From Chlorokybus atmophyticus (Eukaryota; Plantae; Mesostigma and Chlorokybus algae): 28,205 nucleotides of DNA. Location of the stretch: contig RHPI01001960.1 of assembly GCA_009103225.1 (NCBI GenBank), positions 1 to 28,205 on the forward strand, read 5' to 3'. Below, in pieces: positions 10,101-21,339 of the stretch; the stretch's first letter is position 1, and every line of letters starts with the position of its first letter. The notes under the pieces were generated by a model. It was not told where the DNA came from. It worked only from the letters and a program-made list of their open reading frames with translations, and searched no databases. The position numbers and the translations under genes were made by a program.

Positions 10101-10961
10101 TGCTGGTCACAGCCTGAGTCAAATGCCCATGATGTTGTATCAAACTTTCTTGAGGCAGTAAATGCAACACCCTTTTCTTTGCGTTGAGCGTTGCTATTGG
10201 TGCCTGCTTCAGATTGCTCTCGTTGGCGCTTACGACAATCCTTTGAGATATGTCCTTTAATACCACAATAGTGGCATGTGAGATTCTTGAACTTTGAGTT
10301 GCTGCCTTTCGCCTTGTTCTTGTCTTCGTAGTTGCTTAATTTCTTGTATTTGTCTCGTGCGTAGAAGGCCACAGAGTCCGCTTGCTCTTCCTTCTTTGAG
10401 ACGCGTTGCTCCACAGTGAGCAACTTGGGTAGCATCTCGTCTAGGGTTAGCTCCGATGACGATGTCTCGAGCAGAGTAGCGACAACTTCGTACTCTAATG
10501 GCAGTCCTGCAACAATCGCCAATACGACCTCCGTCTCTTCCATCTTGTGGCCGACGTTGATGAGGTCCGCCCACAGCTCTCTCGCACGTGCAACATATTT
10601 TGTGACCGGCTCGGCCGTCTCTTTACTGAAGCGCGCTTAGCTGCTTGCGTAATTGTATCTTTCAGGCGTTGTTCTTGGCTTGAAATATGGCTGCAAGCTT
10701 CTCCCAAGCTTGTCTGCCATCTTCACATGCTGTGAGCATGGGAAAGTGATGTGGCTTGCAGTTAAGCACCATCAAGGAATGTGCTTCAATTGAGTGTTCA
10801 AGCCAGATGCTTTCTTCTCCTGCTCTTGGTGCAGATGCCTTCGGGTCAACATACTTCCACATCTTCTTGTGGATAAGTAGTGCCTTCATTTCTACGCACC
10901 AAGTGCTGAAGTTGTTTATGTTCAGCTTTGTGATCAGCCCTTTATCGTAGCTTACCTCCAT
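7142..10961 (-). pseudogene. gag-pol: Copia gag-pol polyprotein with two premature stops (10662, 9698), a frameshift near 10624 and an in-frame deletion near 7730
   Basis: NFSTWCVEMKALL; knuckle CHYCGIKGHISKDC; protease FDSG; WHRRSRH...CKPC; integrase HMDVCGP/RSDRG/AAERLNRT; RT KARLVAKG, LYGLRQAP, YVDD; RNase H YCDADFAGD, EAEY, CDNQGA. Confidence 0.96.
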
Positions 10962-11271
10962 CTTTGCCGCGCCTGCTTTCTTCTTGCAGTTAGCACTTGA
11001 GACTTGCTTTGATAATCTTCCCGTGTTGTGACTTGAGTGACTTTGTTGACTTCAGTAACTTTAATCTACACTTCACTCTTGAGCGACGTCAATGACTTCG
11101 GTGTTGAATGACTTCGGTCTTCACTTCACTCTTCATCGCCTTCAGTCGTGAGTAACTTCGGACTTCTCTTCACTCTTCAGTCTTGAGTAACTTCGAGCTT
11201 CTCTTCAATACACTTTGTCACTTTTCTTCACTTCGCTTTCTTTCTCTTTCTCACACTCTTCACGCGTAGTG

Positions 11272-11284
11272 TGGGCCCATAACC
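11272..11284 (-). promoter_or_regulatory. Copia PBS matching the internal (anticodon arm) region of tRNA-iMet
   Basis: GGTTATGGGCCCA directly after the 5' LTR with no TGG/CCA, the same type as Drosophila copia. Confidence 0.88.
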
Positions 11285-11686
11285 TATTGAGAAGCAAGCA
11301 TGCAAGTGAAGAGGGCAAGCAATGACACACAGGAGAAGGCAACACACTTCCCGATTTATTACCCACAGACCGCCGGGTTATATACCCGCCAGTCAGTACA
11401 CAGTTTGTACACAGTGCTGGTCTACATGCAACAGCGTCCGATATACTGAACCATATCCTACGCTGTAAGATGTGCCACGTAGCTAACTTGATAAGCTTTG
11501 TAACAAGCTATACCACGTCCTATAAGACTGAGTATCCTAGGAGATATGACGATTCTTCTAGGACCCTTCTCTGCAATCCGCGCCAGGACCTTCATGTCCG
11601 GAGTCTTCGAGGTCCTCCCATCGAGGTCCCTTCTCTTCTCTCTTGTATGCAGGGCAGGCTGACCGGATGTAGGAATATCTTCAACA
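11285..11686 (-). repeat. Copia 5' LTR (402 bp)
   Basis: Matches 6695-7096; the terminal CA has mutated to TA. Confidence 0.97.
11378..11384 (-). promoter_or_regulatory. Candidate TATA box in the copia LTR
   Basis: TATATAA on the - strand, flanked by GC-rich inverted bases, about 17 nt upstream of AATAAA. The copy in the other LTR is at 6788-6794. Confidence 0.5.
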
Positions 11687-12182
11687 ATTGCTATCTCAAT
11701 AACACGTTCTGTATGAATAAGTATTTAAATATGCTTATCTATACCTCTTTCTACCGTTCCTCGCTTATTAAAGGCTATGATGCTTATCATAGCTTAAATA
11801 ACTCCCAATGGGTGTAGATTCGCTTATTCAAGCCTATTTAATGTCACATTTGATTAAATGTGATCACTATCTCGTTAGGTACCTTACGATAGGTATTTTT
11901 CGATAGGTACCTTATCGATAGGTACCTTATCTAAGCTGTGATTGGCTCACGCTAGATTTCCTAACTACCCTATCTGAGGGGTCGATGTCTGAATGTGAGT
12001 TAATTATTAAGAGGTGTATAGTTGATATACACTTGATGTAAAAGGTCACATCAAACTGATGTGAGGGGACTTTTAATTCTGTGCTCAGTGGCGGCTACGC
12101 CGCTAAAAGGCTTGTCATAGGCGGTGTGGGTGTTGGGGTAGAGGATTGAAGGGGCATCACCGGCGACGGTGGTGCTGCTACA
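11687..12182 (+). repeat. Gypsy 3' LTR, remainder after the copia
   Basis: 11765-12182 aligns with the 5' LTR and ends GCTGCTACA. The assignment of 11687-11764 is inferred. Confidence 0.9.
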
Positions 12183-12565
12183 CAAGGTGTGCACTAATCA
12201 TGTTGCTCATGCTTACTCAACATAGCGCACGGTTGTCGGACATGCACTGAGGCTGTCCATGCGACTGTCAAGTCAGCCCACTGCTATGCGCATAATGTTG
12301 TAAACCATACTTCGGTTGTTGATAGCCCGTTTCTTTTTATAGTTGATTGACTTGGAGATTGCCATGGTCCACATGCGATTAGATACGGCGGCGCAAGAAA
12401 GTATGCACACACCGCCAATGCCTTCAGCACAATGCAATACCCCTCAACCAGGTATTCTTGCCAAGAACAAACCTCAGAAACACCTACGCAAAGATGCTGA
12501 ATAAGTTTATGCCACTGCTTACAGACTTGGAGGACTCTCATGCCCAGCAATGACTGATCAATAGG

Positions 12566-14860
12566 GTACCGAAGATTATTTTTGGCGCTAAGGACTCAAT
12601 TGTTCAGCTTGCCAAGGATCCTGCTTATAACCATCGTCAGCTGCAAAATGACCTCCACACCTTGCTCGGGCAGCGCAACCCCTCCCAGCCGGCTGACATC
12701 ACGGCAGTCGATGCATTGCTGACTTCCATCGGAATGCCAGACACAGAGATATACAGCATGCACGCGATGTAATCTCTTTTCAGATGCTTACCCATCTGGG
12801 TTCGATGACAGCGAGGACAGCTACGAGGCAGATGACAGTTGCCACAAGCATGTGAAGCGCTTGTGGAAACAGCCGTGCGGAGGCCAATGCGGGCGCACGC
12901 GCAAGGAGTGCATTAACCTTCTGTACACACACATTGGTCCAAGGCTCGGTCCGTGGCTGCAAGTACCTTCTATTACATATGACAACCTTGCTGCTTGGCG
13001 AGACAAAGACACCTGGCTCGACGTGCCAGCTAACCAGCCCCCAGTGCCTCAATGGGAAGATTGGCATGGCAGCAAGTGGAGAGAGGTGTCTTCTTTTTGG
13101 GACTGCACGAAGATCATTCCTCTGCAAAACAAATGCGATTGTGGACGCTACAATTATGACATTGACATGTCCCAGCACAAGGATGGTTACCAGAAATGGC
13201 ATTGCGAATGCTCTTATGACAATGAAGAGGCTGCGCAGCAGTGTACTGGAGACCCGCGCAACGTTGTGCTCATGCTGCACAGTGATGGTTTTAAGCTGCG
13301 CATTCACTACAAAACGGAGCAGCCCTGTCAGCAACATTGTTGTGCTCAACGGAGGCGAGCGCGTCAGCTCACAGACTTCTTCCATCATGCCCGTGGTATT
13401 TGTCCCAGTTGACGAGCTACTCGACGCTAACCAGAATCGTCTAAACCCGTTTATGAAGCCCATGCTGGATGAGTTGGAGGATTTGTACGCCATGGGCTTC
13501 CCTACGCACTACGGGTTGGACTCCAGCCAGGTGGACATCAAGCTCCCTCATCAATTCGCCGGTACACTTGATGCATCTGTTCACAAGACCTCGTGCGCAA
13601 TGCCGTGTCATAAATGTGACTGTCGACATTGCCTGTCAACTTAATAAAAGCATTGTAATGAATCTAGCAGAGTAAGCACAATTCATTGAGAGCGTTTAAA
13701 AGACTATCGACAGCGACTGTCAACAGCGACTATCTTTGTGCATCTGTCCACTGTACGGGACAGTCCATGTTAAAAGGTCGCGGTTATTTCCTGTGCGTAG
13801 CTTCACACGTGCTGGCCATCAAGCTATGCGTCATGATGCAACGGGTTTTGCAGGTGAAAAGGCTTTCCTGAGAGCCATTCTCATGAACATAGCCGGTGAC
13901 AATCCCGCTCAAAGCGAGATGGGGCAATTTAAGAATGGCGGCTTATGCGGTTGCGGGGCTTGTTGCCTGCTGGCAACTCATATCCGGTACTCTAGTGTCA
14001 CCCAAAAAGCCATTCAAGATCCCAGCACTGCCAACGATGTTGTTGAAAAAACTTGGAGCAACAAGACCGATTTCCACTAGGCTAGCAGCCGCTACCACGG
14101 TCGCCATTCATTTGCCAAAAGAAACTGCAGAGGCCACTTACCTGGCCTATGAAGTTGAAAGCACATGAGATCCTAATCGCAAGAAAGAAAAAGCCAAGAA
14201 GTATGGCGTCAACAGGCTGTCGCCTTTGTGGAGGCTTTGGCGGATGTACAATTTTGACCCATGCCAGGACATGGTCTTTAATACCATGCACACGCTAGTC
14301 GAAGGACTAGCCAAGAGCTTGACAGCCTGCACTCTGATGGATGGTGGGGACGAGCAGGTCAACAAGGTCGAGATTGACAGTCGGCTAAATGTGATGAGAA
14401 ACGCACGGCCCAGGGAGTTGAGGCATGGTAACCGCTGGCCACATGGCCTCAGCAGCCGCCTTGGATGGTGGAAGGCGCTGGAGCACCAGCTCTTTGTGCA
14501 GTTTGCTGTGCCTTATGTTTTTTACAAGCTGCTAAGCGAAGAAAGGAGAGACCTCGTTATGTGCCTCCACATGAAATCTCGCTTGTTTCTTGACATCTTG
14601 CGCTGCTTGGGCTGGGATTGGCCGTCTGGAGCTCGCTAACGCATTGCTTAGGTACTGGAAGGTGAACAGTGACATCTGCTTTAGCACTAACAAGAAGATT
14701 CTAGAGCACATTGCGGGAACTTGCCACCTGCTTGACAACATCCGCCGACATGGCCACCATGATGTATTCTGGTGCTACGCCTTTGAGCGTTTTGTGAAGC
14801 TGTATGTCAACACCCCATCCAAACAGCAAAGACTACGAGATCAGCTTCATGCACCGGTAG
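12566..14860 (+). pseudogene. CACTA/EnSpm (Transposase_21/DUF4218-like) transposase, decayed, with one clear intron at 13562-13853
   Basis: YTHIGPRL; GDPRNVVLMLHSDGF; NPFMKPMLDELEDLY; LRAILMNIAGDNPA...CGAC; KYGVNRLSPLW...FDPCQDMVFNTMH; GWWKALEHQLF; HLLDNIRRHG...FWCYAFERF. The GT-AG intron joins in frame (FA-G-EKAF). Several stops and frameshifts. Confidence 0.85.
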
Positions 14861-15800
14861 AAATGGGTTTCGACAAGTCAGGGTGGATCTTTAACTTTAT
14901 TAAAGTTTCAGTGCAAAGTTTGTTAGGGATTCGCAAGATCTCTAATTAATTCATAGCTAGACCCCTATAAGTTTGAACCTGTCACAAGCGGCCATCGGTC
15001 GCTTAATGTGTACCAGATCTGTAACAACGTTGAGGACTGCGCATTACATTTGTTAACAACCACGGTCGTAACAAAGAACTGTACGAACGTGTATCACAGT
15101 ATTGACCACTTCCCTGACGCCGTTGGAGACACGGTGGTTACATTACAACGCATTTAGGTCAAAACAATGGCCGGTACGAATAATTGTTGCGACCGTGATT
15201 GGTTCCGTCATTGATGCATGGATCTAGCAGTCATAAAGCTGTAACGTTGGTCGATACACCGCACTATTACAACCGCCTTAATAATTTGCCACCTGATCAT
15301 CAATATATCGCCGGTCCAAGCTTGCCTGTAGGTACTTAAGTACCTACAGGCGTGGCCGCGGCCTACCTGGGACTTGCCTTAATGATGACGCAGCATACTA
15401 TGACCAGTGGTCACTGACTACTCTATCAATCAATAACACACCGGCGCAACTTGCCAATGGTAGGTGACACAGGGAGTTTATGGCAACAGCCTGCCCTACA
15501 ACCAACGTTGTGATTTACTACGGTTTTTGTTCACTCGCTCGGGGGGGCTTTCGAGTGAAATAGTAGGTCGAGGGCCCGAAGGGCCCCCCGAGATACGGTC
15601 ATCGGGGGGTGTACGGTGTATCTTACGCCTATGATGATCGGGGTACAATAGCGACAGAATTAAGATTGTGTCACAAGGTCCGACCGGTATAAGATAAAAT
15701 TCCGCTATCACCTGCTAATGTTCCGATGGCCTAACCACCGGTGATCCGGAGGAGGGTTTGCTCATTAGCAACTTCGCGAAGGTCACGTGTGTATCTTCCG
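14861..15800. other. Unclassified, probably non-coding insert with strong inverted repeats; boundaries approximate
   Basis: Composition changes at the end of transposase homology. 28-bp perfect palindrome at 15324-15351 and a hairpin cluster at 15530-15609. No recognisable ORF or termini. Confidence 0.35.
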
Positions 15801-16614
15801 TGCATGCATTTATGCGAGCAAACGTGCGTTAAAGAAATTCAGTAGGAGGAGCGAAGGTACGTTGTAGCTAACATAGGGTTATTTACGCTTTAATAGCCTT
15901 AGAATGTTCACATACTCAATTCAACGGTATGCTAAATATAATGTATATGCTACACCAAGAAGTCATTGGATTTATATGCAAGCATTAAAAGTTTTTGATT
16001 AATGTTCCACCTTTGCATAGAGCCGTGCGTTTAAGCACATTAGTGCAATGTTCATAATGTGTTGAACAATGAATGCGATCACTAAAAATTGCTCTCAACG
16101 TTTGTGGTCATATGTGAATCGTATGCAATTGAATTATTGTACATAACATATGCATGTACCCATGTGTGTAAAATGTATCTCAATTTAAATGTCACGAAGT
16201 GAAAAGTACAAGTACGTGTAATTCCGTTTATTGCACGTATACGAATGCGCATGCATGCGCATACTATGTACGTTCTACCAGGTGTTTAGGTGTGAAGATT
16301 TTGTGTGCGTGCGTGCATGTCGCTGTCCACACAGGTAGGTTGCACTGTTGTAGGGCCCTCCTTTCCTTGCCGTGCTCGCTTGCGCGGTACTGCTGTAAGC
16401 CCAAGCACACTACTTAGTGCATTGTTGTGCTGTAATTCTGATTGACTTTGCACGGCCAACTCTAGATTCCCCGTGTCTCACGACAGCTCTATTCTTACAC
16501 TACTTGTGTATCCGCTTGTGTTGCCTGTGATGTGATCGCCCCACTGATGCTGCTACGGTACCTGCGTATGTATCAAGTGCATTTCAACATTGACATGAAT
16601 AGATGAAGCCCCCT

Positions 16615-16708
16615 CCCCCCCCCCCCCCNNNNNNNNNNNNNNNNNNNNNNNNNNNNNNNNNNNNNNNNNNNNNNNNNNNNNNNNNNNNCCCCCCCCCCCC
16701 CCCCCCCC
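16615..16708. other. Poly-C tract containing a 60-N assembly gap (16629-16688)
   Basis: C14, N60, C20 seen directly. Confidence 0.97.
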
Positions 16709-16817
16709 TTCTCTTTTCTTATGCGTGCTGCTTGTATAAAAACATGCATATGCAGGTGCACATCGCAATTTATGGTACAAGATCATTGGTCGTGTCATTA
16801 CATAGCATTTACTCAAA

Positions 16818-17620
16818 TTATGCTCTGCAGCGGAGATGGCAATCAACCATGTCACATCTGTCTTCTGGAGGCCATAGATACTTCCCTGTCACGTTTGGTG
16901 GGTAGCGATATGGGCAGCTGCTATGCTGATGCTGCCACATCATCGCCACCTCCTTGCGCGCATAATGTCTGCAGCGTTTGCAAGTTTTCTTTACATTCCT
17001 CCCACCTTTGCCTGCACCTTGAACTTGTTGCTTGCGTCGTATAGCTCCACCATCCATTTTTGCAGGAGACGCCGGGGGTGTTCGCACTACATTTGCCCAG
17101 GTACGCGTTGTGTGTGATGATGGCACCGTCTGTATACACAAATTAACTTAATGGTTGAATCACATGTTCAACTTCTACTGCAAACTTGACATGTGCACCG
17201 TGTGAGACTTCACTTCTGTACCTGAGCGGATACCCATGTTGGCTCTTGATGCGGAGCAGGTACACCTTGCGGTTCCTCCACCGCAGCTGCAAATCCATGC
17301 CAAAAAGCCTGTGCAGCAGCGAATGTGATGTTCAACTCTCTACCTGCATGCTCAGCGACCAATTCTGTTTGATACTTTCGCAAGTGACTTCTCAACTTGT
17401 AGAAAATATTTTGGTTGGTTGTAGTATCTCGCATTTGCTCAGCGACGCGCAAGTTCCATTCTCTAGCCATCTTCCCCCAATCAACCACGCCCGCATCATC
17501 AACCATATCCGTGTACATTGATAGCCACGTCTGTTTTTCTGCTGGACTTGTGATGGCACCGTCACCAAAGTGTAGTACAGTTGTATTAATATCAATGTGG
17601 ACCATCAATGCAATGGTCAT
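16818..17620 (-). pseudogene. Spliced C-terminal fragment of an uncharacterised gene resembling the C-terminus of DUF6729-associated proteins
   Basis: Upstream exon has AITSPAEKQTW...DWGKMAREWN...NIFYKLRSHLRKY. An in-frame GT-AG intron (17130-17221) leads to an exon with TCKRCRHY...HQHSSCPY. Family recalled from motif memory only; 5' exons not found. Confidence 0.45.
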
Positions 17621-18289
17621 TGCATTGATGCTATCACATCAACACAAAACAATGCAGTGTCCACAATAGCTTCACATGTTGATGTTGAGCGTGTATGCAT
17701 GTGTGAATGATTCAATGCATGTGCAATCGACATTAGTGCAACAGCGACGTAACGCTACTAATGCAACTGTGATGCAAAGGTAATGACTATTGTCGCAATA
17801 CCTGCTGCATTGTCATAAATCCCGCGTGGTTATCATATGGTTGTTGTATCTGTTAAACTGATGCAGCTTTAACGTGCATAACATGTTGAAAAGACATCAG
17901 TTGCATGGGTTCAATGCTTGTTAAAGCCATGCATGCATAAATGCTGTTGTAAACATGCTGCAACCACGCGCTTTGTTGATGTTAATGTGATGTAAAACTG
18001 TTGCTGTTGTCGCATGAACATAATGTGCTGCAAATGCACGTTAACGCAGTGCTCAACCACCATGGTACCAGCACCATCTAATCAATGCAAGTGTGATGTT
18101 CTCTAGCAACAACATGACACGCAGCTGACATGAACCTCATCTGAAAACTATCACTACCACATCAACACCACATGAGTAATGTATTAACATAGCTTAGCAA
18201 AGCATCTGTTCAGTGTCAGTAACGCATTGCAGTAATGCAATCTTGTCACATATCAAGCAAATACACTATTGGGTTGCCAAGTTGCCAAT

Positions 18290-21260
18290 TCAATGTCGAT
18301 GTTGATTGATGAAAAAGTTCTCAACTCCGTCCTCAGCACTGAAATCGGGCACAATGTGCGCTACCCTCTCTATGCACCCTAGAGCTACAACATCGTACCA
18401 ATCAGCTCCCTGCCTCTGTGCCCACTTGAGTCGTCTCTGACCCAGGTGCGGCACAACCCTCCCGAACTCCACATACCAGCGCACAAGTGCACACATGTGC
18501 CACTCGCGCCGTGTGTTTGCCATCAGAAAGAGCAAGCGCACTTGTCCATACCACTTCACATCGTTCCCGTTCCCGGCATCAACTCCGCGCACAACCACAT
18601 CGTCGAAAACCGGGTTGTAGTAGCTGCAAAAATTGGCGCGAAGCATGGAGCAGCCACTCCGTCCTCGACTAGCGGCTGCAGCTGTAGGAGAAAGTCGCAC
18701 TGAGTTGTACACATAGACCTGCTCAACACACAACATCAACATTGTAAAGCGTTTCCACACAGTAGAGATAGCGTGCACATATGTATGCACATGCACGCGC
18801 AGCCGCATGCGCACGCGCACATGCAAAAAGTCATGTATGCAAGAACCGCCACACCCACGAACAGCCACATGTGCATGTGCCAGCCAATCCCAATTACTTG
18901 TTTCATTTACATCTGCTAGTACCTTATCACCAAGAATGCATGGAAGATTGTCCCATAGTGCAGCATCTCCTCTCACGCCTCGACGGCCTTCAAGTTCCAG
19001 CAGATACCTTCTTGCTGCGAGTGGTAGATGCACGAGCTCGGGCTGCTCTTGTAAGCGTTTGATTGAAGCAACATCCGCTGGCTGCCCCTCTCTAAGCCCT
19101 TGCAAGTCGAGGACTTTGCGGCGGCTACTAATGGCATGGTCCCCTAGACCATCCGGCTGCAACACAACAAGAGCACAATGCATGCTTAGTTCACGCTGAG
19201 AGTGTACTAGTAGTCTAGACACGAGGTCATACGACAGATTGCACAAGTACCGTTTGTATGTGACGTGCTTTGTTTCGTTGCTTAGGATGTTCATGCCTTG
19301 GTCGGCTCACTGCATTCCAACTGCGTCTTACATCTCCGAGCGCCGAGCCTAAGCTTTGACGATGGACAACACGCCGGACCATCTGCGCGCATTGGAGAGC
19401 GTCTGTTAGTGTCAACATCAAAGCTATCATCATGTGTGACTCAACTGCACATACACGCACTCACGCGCATTGTTGCACACCGTGTGCACAAGGCATCGTG
19501 GGCTCGTGGACGCATGTGCATGCGGGTGCCACCCGCATGCACATGCGTCCACGAGCAGTAGAGATAATGAGAGAGTGCAGCGCAGACAGTAGAGCACCAA
19601 AAAAATGAACCTAGCAGCAACATACAGCGCATACACATGCTCTCGCGCACCAAGTTGAAATGCAACGTGTGTTGTACCTGCTGCATGACTGTACGCGCAT
19701 GCTTGTTTGTTGCAGAGTACGGCTTGTGTGCCACATTCTTGTGATCTTCTTCCCAACTCTGAGCGTCGTACTCATCCAAAGGCCCCAACCGCTTGATGCA
19801 CTGCTCGTAATGCTTGAGTGCATGGTACTTCACAGTGTTCCAGTTCGACAACTGGTATGGGCCAAGACGTTCTTTCGCCAGCTGGTCGAATCTGCATTCA
19901 GATGTTTAAATACGCATGCATGAGTAAATGCAAGTCAGATTACAAGCTCATACAAGCTAGTACTAATGGCTTTTGTGTATACAACCGTGACCTTATGTGC
20001 AACAAGCGCTGTGACAACACTTGGTGCGAAGCATATGAACAGACTGCAAGCAAAGCTATGACTTATGGTATATAGCAAATTAAACTTACTTTGCTCTTGC
20101 TTGTGCCAGCTTTGCGAGCGTCAAGTCTGTGTGCGGACCAGCGTGCACACCCTTTCGATTGGCAATCATGTAGAACTCGCTGAAGGCAACAAAGAGTGGA
20201 GTGACCTCATCCACCAAGTTGTCACCATGCGATACCAGAACTGCCATGTAGGTTGCGTAAGGCATCACCTGTAACAATGCACAGGCTTGAGATTGTGGCA
20301 ACATCTTTCAAATGAGTATGCATGCCAACTAGCTGTCATGGAAGTTTGGCACACCTGCATGGTTGCTGCGTGCTCATTGGCGGTGACCGCAACGTCGGTT
20401 GTGAGATAACCAAAAGGAATGCGCAGAGCTGGACACTTCATTACGTCCAGCCTTGCTTCAATGGTGCGGATGGAGTCACCTGTGGGATCTGTGTGTACAT
20501 GTCACTTAATGGTGCATGCTAATGTTTATTGTGACAGAAGTTGATCGACAAGCAACCTTTAAGGAGAAGCTAGACTACAGCTACCTTTATCTTTGAGGTA
20601 CTCAACAAGTAATGTGGTTAGGTCTTTGTACACGCCTAGCACTGCTTGATGCATCCTTTCCAAAGTGATAGCTAGATGAGCATTACCAATGGGCAGGTTT
20701 TCGAATGCAGGTCCCACAATGAGCACTGCTAACAAAAAGTAATTTGTCAGTACATCATCTATGATCAGAACTGTTGCAATAGGCACAACACAAGCTTGCG
20801 CATCTTCACCACTTGGCTGTATGACACTTTTGACAACATCGCCTGTATGTTGCATAAAGGTTGACCAGACTGCATGGCACCAACAGCCATTGCCCATGTG
20901 TGCTTCATTGCCTCAATTGTGCGCTCCTCATGTACACTTGACAAGTCGCTCAACTCTTCTCTCGGACACATACACCAATGGCATGGATAGTTGCAGCCAT
21001 TGGTGTCCTTGTGACAAAGGAGCTTGCAGCCTTCGGGCCAGTCCGTAATCCAGGATGCGAGGAAGGGATACACGAGCTGCCTTTCGCCGTTAGCATTGAC
21101 CAAGACTTCACCGCTGCAACTCATCACATGCTTATCAACATAACGTTCAAGCAGGCCTGCAATGCAACACGTCTCATCGCAAGACTAGCTGCAAGTGCGC
21201 GCGCGCGCATACGCGCACACGCACGCGCACGCGCATGCGCACTTGCTGCTACTAGTAGTC

Positions 21261-21339
<79 letters not shown>

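Larger units (their letters stand above)
6695..11686 (-). mobile_element. Ty1/copia LTR retrotransposon, near full length
   Basis: 402-bp LTR pair, PBS, PPT and gag-PR-IN-RT-RH order. Confidence 0.97.
517..12182 (+). mobile_element. Ty3/gypsy chromovirus LTR retrotransposon, decayed, with a nested copia in its 3' LTR
   Basis: LTR pair, PBS, gag, PR-RT-RH-IN-chromodomain order (gypsy order) and PPT. Confidence 0.95.

Noticed and set aside
12780-13493. 237-aa minus-strand ORF
   Set aside because: Antisense to the recognisable CACTA transposase.
15500-15700. Hammerhead/HDV ribozyme or Helitron 3' end
   Set aside because: No CUGANGA...GAAA core geometry, and no CTRR at the expected distance from the hairpins.
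17650-18280. Plavaka terminal inverted repeat
   Set aside because: No convincing match to any sequence at 26.6-28.2 kb was found by eye.
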